A stretch of 47,894 nucleotides of DNA from a virus, in the UHGV virus genome UHGV-1372926; one strand, written 5' to 3'. The position numbers and the translations under genes were made by a program. Positions 18,666-28,028 of this stretch are shown in pieces. The notes under the pieces were generated by a model. It was not told the DNA's origin. It made no database searches and was given only the letters and a program-made list of their open reading frames with translations. How positions within the stretch are numbered: position 1 is the first letter of the stretch; each line of letters starts with the position of its first letter.

Positions 18666-19481
18666 ATGACATCTCTCGGAAAAATTTACTCAGACAAAGA
18701 AACTCGCGGCGGAATCGTGGTCAACAAAGGTTATCAGGTTCCTGTCGACCAGCTTTATCTTGAGCCGGGGTACAACATCCGCGAAGCCGATGAACAGCAC
18801 GTTGAATACTTCGCGCAGTGCTGGGAATCAGGCCAGCCAATCCCGGCGTTAACTGTTATTCCTGATGCCGACGGAAAGCGCATCAAGATTCTTGACGGCC
18901 AGCATCGTTACCTTGGAGCACTACGTGCCATTGAGCGCGGCGTGCCAATTGCGCGCATTGAGTGCAAAGACTTCACCGGCGATGAAGCGGATAAAATCGC
19001 CTTCATGGTGTCATCCAGTCAGGGTAAGCAGCTTGACCCGCTTGAGCGTGCAAAGGCTTATGTGCGCCTCAAAGGGTTCGGGTGGACGAATGAAGAAATC
19101 GCCAAGAAGGTCGGCCGCTCAGTTTCTGATGTGCAGATGCACCTGTCACTTGGTGATGTACCTGACGCTATCAAGCAGCGCATCAATGCAGGCCAAATCA
19201 GCTATGCCAACGCCGTTGCAGTGGCGCGCGAGCATGGCGATGATGCCGTTAACGTTATTGATACTGCCGTTAAGGAAGCGAAAGCGCAGGGCAAGGATAA
19301 GGTGACGGCTAAAACTCTCAAGGCCAAAAAAGTTAAGCCGATTGACCGCCTGATTCAGCTTCTGAAAGAAGCAGACCACATGGTTGTCGCTGAGGGTCAT
19401 GTGGCACAGGAGACAGAAGAATTTTTGCGCCTTCCTTCCGCTGAGTTGAGTGAAGTGCTGGCGATTCTGGAGAAGCTGTGA
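18666..19481 (+). CDS. ParB-like nuclease domain protein (DGQHR motif) with C-terminal HTH
   Basis: 272 aa from ATG at 18666, RBS GAGGAAAAG. Motif KILDGQHRYLGAL characteristic of the ParB/Srx N-terminal domain. Later segment NEEIAKKVGRSVSDVQMHLSL is HTH-like. Confidence 0.65.
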   Translation: MTSLGKIYSDKETRGGIVVNKGYQVPVDQLYLEPGYNIREADEQHVEYFAQCWESGQPIPALTVIPDADGKRIKILDGQHRYLGALRAIERGVPIARIECKDFTGDEADKIAFMVSSSQGKQLDPLERAKAYVRLKGFGWTNEEIAKKVGRSVSDVQMHLSLGDVPDAIKQRINAGQISYANAVAVAREHGDDAVNVIDTAVKEAKAQGKDKVTAKTLKAKKVKPIDRLIQLLKEADHMVVAEGHVAQETEEFLRLPSAELSEVLAILEKL

Positions 19482-19675
19482 TGATTACAATTGGCACTGT
19501 TGCAAAAAACATAAAAGAAGGCGATCACATCCTAATACGAGACGGCGTGGCTCGCCAGGTGGAGAGAATTCACTATCAGGAGGACATAATCGCATTTGAA
19601 ATGAAACGTTACGAAGAAAAAACAAGGCATTTCTTATTTTATGATGAATGCGCAAACGTGGTGGAGAGTTGGTAA
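19478..19675 (+). CDS. hypothetical protein
   Basis: 65 aa ORF, ATGA-coupled to the ParB-like gene. Confidence 0.4.
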   Translation: MMITIGTVAKNIKEGDHILIRDGVARQVERIHYQEDIIAFEMKRYEEKTRHFLFYDECANVVESW

Positions 19676-19851
19676 TGAACCCCGAACAATTCATAGAGAA
19701 AAACCTGCGCGAAAAACTGCCAGGTATCGACAATGCGGCTATAGAGGCCGCAATTACCCACTACAGGAGCAACCAGAGTGAAAAGAAGGGCAAGATTTTC
19801 GATGAATGCCTGAAGGTTGCAAAACAACACATGGTGAAGGTGAAGAAATGA
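19675..19851 (+). CDS. hypothetical protein (58 aa)
   Basis: Internal ATG (MNPEQF...) of track ORF 19648..19851, coupled to upstream stop. Confidence 0.35.
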   Translation: MNPEQFIEKNLREKLPGIDNAAIEAAITHYRSNQSEKKGKIFDECLKVAKQHMVKVKK

Positions 19852-20384
19852 AATTAAAAGTTAGCAAGTTGCTCCTTGAAGGTTCTTTGATATTTCAGGC
19901 CAAACAGGATGTGCGTTACTACCTGAATGGCATTTGCTTCATGCCTGATGGACGTATCGCAGCAACTGATGGACATCGCGCCATGATTGCCAGTAAGCAT
20001 GAAAATAAGTTGAAAGATAACGTTATCGTTTCTGTCAGCAAGCCTCCAACCAAGCGCTATGCGTATGCGCTACTGGACACCAAAACAGGTATTGTTACTT
20101 ACCATGATGAGCATGAAATCATGGTAGGCGCAGGTATCTGCTCTGAGATTAATGGCCGATTCCCTGACATTGATCGTGTTATCCCAAAGCAGACGGCGGC
20201 AACAGAACAAATCGGCTTCAACGCTAAATATCTGGCAGATGTAGAGAAGCTGGCGAAGCTGTTTAACCCTAAATATGAGGCGGTGCTATTTGAGCTTAAT
20301 GGCAACACCAGCGCCGCCGTCGCAAACATTAATGCGCCTACTGGCGAGACTGCCAAAGTTATTGTTATGCCAATGAGGATTTAG
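19848..20384 (+). CDS. truncated DNA polymerase III beta sliding clamp (DnaN) homolog
   Basis: 178 aa from ATG at 19848, ATGA-coupled. Three segments match E. coli DnaN from memory: QDVRYYLNG...ATDGHR (domain II start), GRFPDxxRVxPK (domain III start), and C-terminal VVMPMR(I/L). The protein covers only part of the three-domain clamp. Confidence 0.7.
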   Translation: MKLKVSKLLLEGSLIFQAKQDVRYYLNGICFMPDGRIAATDGHRAMIASKHENKLKDNVIVSVSKPPTKRYAYALLDTKTGIVTYHDEHEIMVGAGICSEINGRFPDIDRVIPKQTAATEQIGFNAKYLADVEKLAKLFNPKYEAVLFELNGNTSAAVANINAPTGETAKVIVMPMRI

Positions 20385-20386
20385 TG

Positions 20387-20668
20387 ATGAGTATTGAGTA
20401 CGAAGCGCGTTTAATTGTTGGTTGCTCACATGGTGAGGTTGGTGTTGACCAGGATAAACTTGATGACCTTGTTTCTTGCGATGATGTTGCTCGTTATGCC
20501 ACTTTCTATGATGCAGATAACGAATATTGCAACTATGGCGTTGAAATGTCTCCAGAGCAACTATCAACACTGGAAGGGGCTGCAAACGCTGCCAAGTGGA
20601 TTTCAGAGATGAACCGGCTACTGCAAACTGACAAATGCAGACTTCTTGTTACTATCGACTCTTATTAG
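20387..20668 (+). CDS. hypothetical protein
   Basis: 94 aa ORF coupled to the clamp-like gene. Last gene before the terminator. Confidence 0.4.
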   Translation: MSIEYEARLIVGCSHGEVGVDQDKLDDLVSCDDVARYATFYDADNEYCNYGVEMSPEQLSTLEGAANAAKWISEMNRLLQTDKCRLLVTIDSY

Positions 20669-20671
20669 CAG

Positions 20672-20700
20672 AACAAAGCCCCTTTCGGGGCTTTTCTTTT
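20672..20700. terminator. bidirectional rho-independent terminator
   Basis: ACAAA-GCCCC-TTTC-GGGGC-TTTTCTTTT between convergent modules. Confidence 0.75.
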
Positions 20701-20701
20701 A

Positions 20702-21520
20702 TCACGGAAGATAAGCGTCATCCTCAAACCACGAAACGTAAGCATTGATATTTTGCGCCGCAGTATCCAGGGATGTGATGCGCAACAGATAGGTAGTATT
20801 AGGCGCCATGATAATCTGCTCACCAAGTTTTGCCTGCGAATTACCCTGCCCCTGGTTTGATGCGTTCCCTTCACTATACGTCGCGGCCACCGTCAGCTGC
20901 CCAATACTTGTCACCGTGGAGCCAGTCAGAAGCTGCGCCGTTGCAGTATGCGGTGCAACATCATTTGGATTATTAATCTCCGCAGCGGTTCCGCCAGTGG
21001 CTACAGCTCCACGGTAGATTGACGCTACGACACCTTTCCCGGTGTAGCCAATGATGCGCTGATTAAACACAACCTGTTTTGAGCCGGTAATAAAAATGCT
21101 GTCAAGGTTGGCTCCGCCAGCAACGTCAGTCACGCGACGCGATGCGGTGAATAGCTTTCCCTGCTTATTGGCAAGCTCCGAGTAGGACTGCGCGACAACC
21201 TGACTTGACGGCACTGAGGTATCAGCTCGCCACACCAGGACTTTCAGGGATGCAACGCCAGCAGGAAGCTGGGACTTGATTACTTTTAGTCGTAGCGCCA
21301 CGCCATAATAATTATTATTGTTGACGTCAATCCAGAAGTCACCAGATGCAAACGGCGATACCATTACGGAAACAGAGCCGCTTGTTAATGGTGCATGACC
21401 GCCGGAAGAGTTTAATGGCACAATCTGCACCTGCAATGCAGTCCAGTCTGCTGACATGGTTTCACTAAGCAAAACCTCTCCGTCAGCCGGAGTTGTGTTT
21501 ATTTCGTACCTGACAGCCAT
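20702..21520 (-). CDS. putative virion structural protein (function unknown)
   Basis: 272 aa from ATG at 21520, RBS GGGGGT. The track ORF starts at an upstream TTG. Thr/Ser/Gly/Ala/Asn-rich beta-type composition. Lies between head and connector genes. Confidence 0.35.
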   Translation of the reverse strand: MAVRYEINTTPADGEVLLSETMSADWTALQVQIVPLNSSGGHAPLTSGSVSVMVSPFASGDFWIDVNNNNYYGVALRLKVIKSQLPAGVASLKVLVWRADTSVPSSQVVAQSYSELANKQGKLFTASRRVTDVAGGANLDSIFITGSKQVVFNQRIIGYTGKGVVASIYRGAVATGGTAAEINNPNDVAPHTATAQLLTGSTVTSIGQLTVAATYSEGNASNQGQGNSQAKLGEQIIMAPNTTYLLRITSLDTAAQNINAYVSWFEDDAYLP

Positions 21521-21530
21521 GATAACCCCC

Positions 21531-21565
21531 AATAAAAAACCCGCTTGTTTGCGGGTTTATTTTAC
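21531..21565 (-). terminator. rho-independent terminator (leftward)
   Basis: Reverse strand reads AACCCGC-AAACAA-GCGGGTT followed by TTTTTTATT. Sits just downstream of the 64 aa gene. Confidence 0.65.
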
Positions 21566-21756
21566 TTGGTTTTCTTCGCCTTTGGCTGCGATTCTTGCGG
21601 AGTTGCAACTTCCAGAACTTTCTCACTAACCGGGCGAAGTTTTGACTCAATGTGCGGGCTTGATTCGTCAATGACATCGCCAATAGCAAGCTCACGCAGG
21701 CGACCATCTTTATCCTTGACGAAGATTCCGCTGGCGATTACTTCATATTTAGCCAT
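21562..21756 (-). CDS. small hypothetical head-associated protein
   Basis: 64 aa ORF. Acidic N-terminus and Lys-rich C-terminus. Follows the capsid genes. Confidence 0.4.
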   Translation of the reverse strand: MAKYEVIASGIFVKDKDGRLRELAIGDVIDESSPHIESKLRPVSEKVLEVATPQESQPKAKKTK

Positions 21757-22132
21757 TTTTTCCCTCCGAAAGGTTCTGCTTGAGGAGGTACCCCTCCAGC
21801 ATCCATATTTTATTTACCGCATTCTCTCTGGCAATCTTGCGACCAATCTCGGCATCGAAATTAGCGGGACTGGCGCAGGCGCTTTCCCCGGTCACGGTGA
21901 ATCCGTTTTTCAATACCAAGACGCAGAATGTGATTAGTTTTAATGATTCATGGCTCGAAAGCAAGTCAAGTGCTGACTTGTATTTTGCCCACGCACCATC
22001 CCCACCAATGCCATCATAACCCGTAAAGTAGTGCTCACTGACAATGACGTCTTCAATGTGTTGTCTGGTTACTCGTGGTGCTTCACTGCCTTTGTCCTGA
22101 ATCTCTTGCTCAATTTCTTTACTGGTCATCAT
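21749..22132 (-). CDS. hypothetical protein (FI-position head protein?)
   Basis: 127 aa ORF immediately downstream of the major capsid gene. Confidence 0.4.
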   Translation of the reverse strand: MMTSKEIEQEIQDKGSEAPRVTRQHIEDVIVSEHYFTGYDGIGGDGAWAKYKSALDLLSSHESLKLITFCVLVLKNGFTVTGESACASPANFDAEIGRKIARENAVNKIWMLEGYLLKQNLSEGKNG

Positions 22133-22172
22133 AACCTCTGATAGTTAAAAGGGGCTATTCGCCCCTTAATTT

Positions 22173-23261
22173 TTACAGCGCGGTTTGCGTGCCGTATGCG
22201 TTAAACACCTTGCTTCGGCCCGAGAAATCCCGGCGAATTTGCAAACCCATAGCAGCCCACGTTAAGAAGTTAAAGTTAGCGTGAGGCGTGGTACGCGGCT
22301 CTGCATAGGTGGATACCGGCTGAGCGACGCGAGGGCGAATATACAGCGCATTCTTCACATAGCCGACGAAATGGTTCCCGGTCAGCTTGAAGTTGGTGCC
22401 GATAGACGCGATGCGGCCAACGTTGCCAGTTTTGCCGAATGCGAGGATATAATCCTCAATGGTGCCGCCTTTAAAGCCTGCCGCATTGGAGTACGGGCGG
22501 CTGAAGGAGCGGCGGACGGACGGAGAAACCCACAGAGTAACCGGCTCGAACACGTTCTGAGCATCCAGAACCGCCTGAAAATCCTGGTTGAAGAACTCAA
22601 CGATTTCATCAGGGGTTGCAGTTTGCAGGTCGATGTTCAGTGCGCCAGTGCCGGAGGCACTCAGGTTAAGCTGCACGGTGTTCGGGTGGTTGGTGATGCC
22701 GTAAGCAGTATAAACGCCGTTCACGTTCAGGCTTGCATCGCCGACCAGCAGATAATCCGCCATGTCTGCGCGCAGGTTGAAGGTGGTGTTTTCCTGGTCA
22801 TCAATCAGCGGGTCGAAACCTTCAGATTGCATACCCAGCAGCTCACGCCACTCACGGCCATAACCGGTTTTGAAGATCGGGATTACATCGCCGCTGTAGG
22901 AGTAGCGGGTTTTATCCAGGTCTTCAGGCTCCTGCCCGGAGATGGTGCGCACAACCTTACCGGCGTCGGAGGCCATGCGGCTAACTGCCACGGTCTTGCC
23001 GATATTGATGTTGGTCGCCAGCGTCATCAGGTCGGACATCATGTCCATGCCGGACTCGTTGCGGAATACACGGGTGGTCACGTCGTCCACTTCGCGCCAG
23101 TAATCTTTCGTTACCAGCGCGGTGGCGTTCACGCCGTATTCTTTCGCCAGAGCGTTTTCACCATTGATGAAAACCTTGCGGTCAACGGTCAGATGGCGCC
23201 ACTGCTCTCTAACCACCTGCGAATTGGTGATTAAGCCTTTCGTAAAGATAATCTTTTCCAT
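22173..23261 (-). CDS. major capsid protein
   Basis: 362 aa ORF downstream of the decoration and scaffold genes. Order scaffold-decoration-capsid matches lambda C/Nu3-D-E. Confidence 0.65.
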   Translation of the reverse strand: MEKIIFTKGLITNSQVVREQWRHLTVDRKVFINGENALAKEYGVNATALVTKDYWREVDDVTTRVFRNESGMDMMSDLMTLATNINIGKTVAVSRMASDAGKVVRTISGQEPEDLDKTRYSYSGDVIPIFKTGYGREWRELLGMQSEGFDPLIDDQENTTFNLRADMADYLLVGDASLNVNGVYTAYGITNHPNTVQLNLSASGTGALNIDLQTATPDEIVEFFNQDFQAVLDAQNVFEPVTLWVSPSVRRSFSRPYSNAAGFKGGTIEDYILAFGKTGNVGRIASIGTNFKLTGNHFVGYVKNALYIRPRVAQPVSTYAEPRTTPHANFNFLTWAAMGLQIRRDFSGRSKVFNAYGTQTAL

Positions 23262-23272
23262 TGTTCGGCTCC

Positions 23273-23737
23273 TTACGCCGCAGGCATTGCAGCATTGCCA
23301 GCGCGACGAACTGCAACCAGTTCAGCGCCATCAGATGCTACGGTGTAGGCTTCATACGCATAGAACAGGATTTTATCACCTGTGTCAGCAACTTTTAACG
23401 CGCCGGAGCCATTGCTTGCCAGCGGGGTACCTTTTACCAGCGCGGAGGATGCCGCAACCAGAGCGTGATACGTTACGCCAAATTCGCACTGTACTGCCAT
23501 GCCGGTAGCATTCGCCGGTACAGCTTCGCTCACGTCACCGCCACCAACATAGTTGTGTTGCAGGACGTAAGGGAAACCATGACCGCCAGCAGTCGCATGC
23601 GCGATGATTTTGTCAGAGGAGTTGAAGTCGACCAGTGCTCCCGGTTGCAGAGCGACGTTCATCAGCCCTTCGCGCAATTGCGGGTCGTTTTTGCGGGCCG
23701 GGCCGCCGATGATGGTGCCATAACGGATAGTAGCCAT
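23273..23737 (-). CDS. head decoration protein (putative)
   Basis: 154 aa Gly/Ala-rich ORF between scaffold and major capsid genes. Confidence 0.45.
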   Translation of the reverse strand: MATIRYGTIIGGPARKNDPQLREGLMNVALQPGALVDFNSSDKIIAHATAGGHGFPYVLQHNYVGGGDVSEAVPANATGMAVQCEFGVTYHALVAASSALVKGTPLASNGSGALKVADTGDKILFYAYEAYTVASDGAELVAVRRAGNAAMPAA

Positions 23738-25140
23738 TATTCAGGTGCCTCCATATCAAAATCTTCTTCGGCACGGTTCGGCTGGAACCCGCCGGAAATC
23801 GGAGCCGCTTTACTGGTGAGCGCATAGGTTTCACGCAGTGCTTCGCCAGTCAGCGCATTAACAGCAGATTCCGGCAACTTCAGCTCAGCCATAATGGCGG
23901 CGCGCATTGCGGTTTCTTCCTGTGCGGCATTGGCTTGCAGCTGGTCGCGCAGGGTTTTGTTTTGCGCCTCCACATCGGCCAGTTTCTGGTTGACTGCGGT
24001 CAACGATTCCTGAACCGGTTTGAGGGCATCGGCTAATACAGCCTGTAATTCCTCGTTAGTCATTGAGATTTCCCCTTGAGTTGTTTTTACCGGTTCAAGC
24101 TCTGTCTTATAAACAGCCTTAACCCGTTCACCGACTAATTGTACCACATCATTTATAATAACGTAGGACTGCATATACTTGACGCCATCAATCTCAACGC
24201 CAAACTTATCATCATAAACAGCAAACACAAAAGGCCAGCTATCCTGGGATAACTCCTCTTTTATTTTTCTACGTATCTGATCGGCAATCTCATCAAATGA
24301 CAGGTCGCTATTTCTGGTGATGTAGTTGATGGCACGCTGCCACCATTTGATTTTGTTTGCACTTTCGTCTGGCATTGCCGATTCCTCAAGATTAACCACA
24401 ACGCGCTCAATGTCTTCGCCGTTAGCAGCAAAGATACCGACACCATCAGCAGGGCCACCAGCACCGGGAATCCCCGGCGGAAGAATGGCGAGGTGATCCC
24501 ACTCCATATTCCGGGCAATCCAGGAATATTTTTTACCCTTGGAGGTTCCTGATGCCTGCTCGCGGTTGAGCAACAGGCCCGTGGAGACTTGCACAGGTTC
24601 AGCATCAGCGCTGTTAACTTTGAGGCCATCAATTCTCGACAGCAATTCCTTGCCTTTATCAGAGCGCTCAGCTACCACCTTATTAATATAAAGGTCTACC
24701 AGCGCCTTGCTGCCGTCATGAGATGAGTTCTCAATCCATGCGCCAACACTGAACTGGTTGGCGGCTCGCGTCATGTTGGCTGACACATATTTGCCATCAA
24801 TCTTCGGGTGGTCATATGGCGCCGGTTTCCCGTCAAGACCATGGAATGACTTTTTAATCTCATCACCAGGATACAGGCCGCCATTCATGACAATGTCGTC
24901 CACAACCGGCACAACATTCTTGATGACATAATGCGGGTCGCCATCAATGATTTTTTCACTGATGTTGCTTGCTGAGTTGATGGTATACAGGATGTTAACC
25001 TGTAATTTATTATTCATGTGCTTGAATGCCTCCACCTCAGCAAGGCGCTTTTTCGCCGCCTCTTCGGTGTCGTACTCGCCAAACTGGTGCGAGCCATCCT
25101 TAGATTTAACGACCCACTTGTCGCCAATTTTGACAATCAT
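23737..25140 (-). CDS. capsid scaffolding protein / prohead protease (putative)
   Basis: 467 aa ORF. C-terminal third is coiled-coil-like ([38 protein letters not shown]). First gene of the head block downstream of the portal and morphogenesis genes. Confidence 0.45.
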   Translation of the reverse strand: MIVKIGDKWVVKSKDGSHQFGEYDTEEAAKKRLAEVEAFKHMNNKLQVNILYTINSASNISEKIIDGDPHYVIKNVVPVVDDIVMNGGLYPGDEIKKSFHGLDGKPAPYDHPKIDGKYVSANMTRAANQFSVGAWIENSSHDGSKALVDLYINKVVAERSDKGKELLSRIDGLKVNSADAEPVQVSTGLLLNREQASGTSKGKKYSWIARNMEWDHLAILPPGIPGAGGPADGVGIFAANGEDIERVVVNLEESAMPDESANKIKWWQRAINYITRNSDLSFDEIADQIRRKIKEELSQDSWPFVFAVYDDKFGVEIDGVKYMQSYVIINDVVQLVGERVKAVYKTELEPVKTTQGEISMTNEELQAVLADALKPVQESLTAVNQKLADVEAQNKTLRDQLQANAAQEETAMRAAIMAELKLPESAVNALTGEALRETYALTSKAAPISGGFQPNRAEEDFDMEAPE

Positions 25141-25322
25141 GACCTTTCTCCGCGCTTACTTTATGCCCGGATTATAACACACCATGAATATGCACCACGA
25201 AACGGACGCGAGAAGGTAAAGCGGAGATGCGGTAAAGGCGAAAAGAGTAGCAAAGAATGATATCAGGATGATTGGCATGGCTGCTACCTCCTGAATGCAA
25301 GGTAACAGCCACGGAATAGAAT

Positions 25323-25667
25323 TTATTGAGGACTATTCTTATTTAACATTCCGCAGTTAACTTTTGCGCGGTTTACGGCATCCATGAATTTCCCTACAGG
25401 CATCGTTTTGCGGATTTCAGCCAGAATGGCGCCGTGTAACATTCTTTCTTCGCCGTAGTAGAGCTTATCAAGTCGAGTGCGAACCAGCGCACGGGTGCGC
25501 TGCATATGCCCCTTCGCCTTCATGGCCTTCTCTCTCCATACCTTATTTCCATTCTGATTGCCAGCAAGCTGGCGCTCGATAGCCTCAATCTCAAAGGCAA
25601 GCGTCATGTCAATGTCATCCAGCTCGCTAATTGTTGCTTCCATGATTTCGTTAAGTTGTAGTTTCAT
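25323..25667 (-). CDS. hypothetical protein
   Basis: 114 aa ORF, ATGA-coupled to the upstream gene in the leftward early operon. Confidence 0.4.
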   Translation of the reverse strand: MKLQLNEIMEATISELDDIDMTLAFEIEAIERQLAGNQNGNKVWREKAMKAKGHMQRTRALVRTRLDKLYYGEERMLHGAILAEIRKTMPVGKFMDAVNRAKVNCGMLNKNSPQ

Positions 25668-25906
25668 ACTTTCACCTTTAATCCATGTTTAGTTAATTCA
25701 GATACAACATCATTCTGATCACATAACAATAGATGCATTTTGCTCAAGTCTACTGTGATTAACCCTCTTGACCCTTGCCATGCACACCAGGCAAGATGAA
25801 TGCCAAATTTAGCGTAGCAATTGCGCTCCGGCTGCCACTCGACATCTTCCCCGTATAATCCGTGGACATCTTCGAGCCATGATTCAAACTGCTCTCTACT
25901 CGTCAT
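25664..25906 (-). CDS. conserved phage early protein (Ead/Ea22-like motif)
   Basis: 80 aa ORF. Motif EQFESWL...HLAWCAWQGSRG is seen in lambdoid early-region proteins. Confidence 0.4.
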   Translation of the reverse strand: MTSREQFESWLEDVHGLYGEDVEWQPERNCYAKFGIHLAWCAWQGSRGLITVDLSKMHLLLCDQNDVVSELTKHGLKVKV

Positions 25907-26178
25907 TTCTCCTCCTCATCAAAATATTTAATCTCGCCATCAACCATGTTTTGCCATGGGATATGCAAATCAGTGCCATTAACTGACAGCATGATGCTGT
26001 TATCCATCTCCGCGCATCCATCAGCGAAGAAGGTGCTTTTCTTTCCGTTTAGCCACTCAATTGTTACTCTGCATTTTCTTTGTTCCACTATCCACCCCAT
26101 CTCTCTGCGATTATTGGCCGTGCGTTCACAATTGGTGACAAACAGCACGGTTCCTGATTTATGCTTTACCGCCCACAT
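25903..26178 (-). CDS. hypothetical protein
   Basis: 91 aa ORF, coupled in the operon. Confidence 0.4.
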   Translation of the reverse strand: MWAVKHKSGTVLFVTNCERTANNRREMGWIVEQRKCRVTIEWLNGKKSTFFADGCAEMDNSIMLSVNGTDLHIPWQNMVDGEIKYFDEEEK

Positions 26179-26690
26179 GACTGGCGCGCCCCGGCAAGCA
26201 GCCTTTCAAACATCATCCTGTCACGGCTCATGCCAAACGGGATAACCTCCTGCCAGTAATATTTCCATGCGCCGCCGGGAAGCATTTCACGGTCAACCTG
26301 ACCAATGCTTGCTAGGTAGCGCATGCGTGCTTTGATGGTGGTGTAACTCACCCCAATGGCTGATGATATCTGTTTGCTTTTGCTGCCCGGGTGCGCCTCA
26401 AGATGTTGCTGAATAGCCAAATCAAGCGCAGTATTATCGGGATTGAGGAAATACTTAAAGCAGCGCCTGCCATGGCTTATCCCTTCCTCTTTGACAATAA
26501 ACCCCATTTTTTCCATCTCTACCAGGCAGAGATTTATTCTGACTCGGTCATTGACGCCGGTCTGCTTGCGAAGCATTGCATTAGTCGCGCCGGGGTGCCG
26601 TTCGATAATGCTGATGAGCTGGGTCTTAAAGTCCATTTGCGCGCTCCATTGCATCCTGTTTGTAGTCGTCAGCAGTATAGAGATGGCCAC
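26166..26690 (-). CDS. winged-helix DNA-binding protein (putative transcription regulator)
   Basis: 174 aa ORF, likely starting at the internal MDFKTQ (ATG about 26636). Two HTH-like segments (GATNAMLRKQTGVNDRVRINLCLVEMEKMGFI and ISSAIGVSYTTIKARMRYLASIGQV). Confidence 0.45.
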   Translation of the reverse strand: MAISILLTTTNRMQWSAQMDFKTQLISIIERHPGATNAMLRKQTGVNDRVRINLCLVEMEKMGFIVKEEGISHGRRCFKYFLNPDNTALDLAIQQHLEAHPGSKSKQISSAIGVSYTTIKARMRYLASIGQVDREMLPGGAWKYYWQEVIPFGMSRDRMMFERLLAGARQSCGR

Positions 26691-26874
26691 GTCTGGTATT
26701 CCATGACTTCATGGCCAATGATGGTTTAAACCATCCATCAGTTCCGCAACTGCACTGAGGGCAAGCGACGTAGTACCCAATATCACTGCTATCCGCGTAT
26801 GCTTCGTTGCTACCGCAAAACGGACACTCAAGCAGCCCGTCACCATTCATCATTGGTTTCATTTCGCCACCCAT
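26626..26874 (-). CDS. Lar-like restriction alleviation protein (zinc ribbon)
   Basis: 82 aa ORF. Motif CPFCG...ACPQCSC resembles the Lar family from Rac-like prophages. Confidence 0.5.
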   Translation of the reverse strand: MGGEMKPMMNGDGLLECPFCGSNEAYADSSDIGYYVACPQCSCGTDGWFKPSLAMKSWNTRRGHLYTADDYKQDAMERANGL

Positions 26875-27050
26875 TCACCAATATTGCTGAAATGCGGGCG
26901 CCCTTCTCGCCATTCGATAATTTCTCGGTTAACCTGCCGCTGCATGCGGTTGCGAACCTCGCGCAATTCGCTTTCAACCCAAGCGCGAGTACGGTCAAGT
27001 TCTTCCAGCTTGTTCAGCAATTCTTTTTCGTACACCTGATCAGTAGTCAT
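26859..27050 (-). CDS. hypothetical coiled-coil protein
   Basis: 63 aa helical, charged ORF. Confidence 0.4.
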   Translation of the reverse strand: MTTDQVYEKELLNKLEELDRTRAWVESELREVRNRMQRQVNREIIEWREGRPHFSNIGEWVAK

Positions 27051-27282
27051 TTTTTCTCTCCATCAGCACTTTATAGTGAACGCCATAATATTTGAGCACC
27101 TGACTATGGTTGTGCAGATACCCGTCATCATCTTCAATTGGTAGTCTTACCACGATGTAAAACGCCCGGTAGAGTTCTGTCCATCCATGACAACATTTGC
27201 GCTTCCTCGGCTTCATGGGCGGCCTCCATAGCAGCCAGATCAATGCGCTGCTCGATAGATTTAATGATTGACTCAGGCACAT
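27040..27282 (-). CDS. hypothetical protein (true start probably at internal M23)
   Basis: 80 aa ORF. The N-terminal 22 aa look non-protein-like. Overlaps the next gene. Confidence 0.3.
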   Translation of the reverse strand: MCLSQSLNLSSSALIWLLWRPPMKPRKRKCCHGWTELYRAFYIVVRLPIEDDDGYLHNHSQVLKYYGVHYKVLMERKNDY

Positions 27283-27349
27283 TAAGCATTTGCAGAGTCT
27301 CCCGGCAATCGCGCTTATGAACCTCTGTCACCTCCTGCCACTTCTTCAT
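27134..27349 (-). CDS. hypothetical acidic protein, first gene of the leftward early operon
   Basis: 72 aa from ATG at 27349 with strong RBS AAGGTGGTG. Confidence 0.45.
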   Translation of the reverse strand: MKKWQEVTEVHKRDCRETLQMLNVPESIIKSIEQRIDLAAMEAAHEAEEAQMLSWMDRTLPGVLHRGKTTN

Positions 27350-27395
27350 TCCACACCACCTTTTATCATTATGGTACAATCTACAACACAGAGTA

Positions 27396-27421
27396 TTGAC
27401 TAATTGACGTAGATTCGTCAA
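27396..27421. promoter_or_regulatory. divergent early control region with perfect palindrome TTGACGTAGATTCGTCAA
   Basis: TTGACT at 27396. TTGACG-N6-CGTCAA inverted repeat at 27404-27421 between divergent operons 27349 (-) and 27445 (+). Confidence 0.5.
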
Positions 27422-27444
27422 GATGATTTCACAGGAGAGCGACA

Positions 27445-27645
27445 ATGGCGAGACAACGCAAAGAACCACTGGAAGCACTGACTGAGATTATCGCTAAGCG
27501 CCAGCCGTTAAGCCTGCGAGATGTCAGATATTACGCGCACTGCTATGTAGCAATGCGGGAATGGAGCGCTGAAGAAATGTATGCGTTTGTGCGCGAACAC
27601 TTCAGCGTGGATGAGAAAAACAAGGTCACGTTGAGAGGTGAGTGA
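27445..27645 (+). CDS. hypothetical protein, first gene of the rightward early operon
   Basis: 66 aa ORF with RBS GGAGAG. Confidence 0.45.
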   Translation: MARQRKEPLEALTEIIAKRQPLSLRDVRYYAHCYVAMREWSAEEMYAFVREHFSVDEKNKVTLRGE

Positions 27646-28028
27646 TGAAATACGAATGCCACAAAGGAAGTGAAGTTAATGCCATTGGCGAGCATGGGCG
27701 CATCAAGTGCGGAGAACTGATAATGGATGGCAAGGAGCATTATGCCACCCTTTGCGGTGGAGATGAAACAGAAACCCTCACCACCGAGCGCGGAAGCCGT
27801 TATGGCAAATTCAAAGACGGCGCGGATATCATGCAGTCACTGAAAGACACCATGCGTGACGTTGACGGCTGGAACAACCTGACGGCAAGTCAGAAGGAAG
27901 CTCTCGACATGATTCAGCATAAAATCGGTCGAATCCTGAATGGCGACCCGACATACGACGACAGCTGGAAAGACATTGCTGGCTATGCAACATTAATTGT
28001 TAATGAACTGAATGGGGATGCAAAATGA
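27642..28028 (+). CDS. hypothetical protein
   Basis: 128 aa ORF, ATGA-coupled. Confidence 0.45.
   Translation: MMKYECHKGSEVNAIGEHGRIKCGELIMDGKEHYATLCGGDETETLTTERGSRYGKFKDGADIMQSLKDTMRDVDGWNNLTASQKEALDMIQHKIGRILNGDPTYDDSWKDIAGYATLIVNELNGDAK

Noticed and set aside
22281-23234. 317 aa + strand ORF
   Set aside because: It is antisense to the major capsid gene. It is Arg/Gly/His/Ala-rich with no protein-like features, a typical GC-rich antisense artefact.
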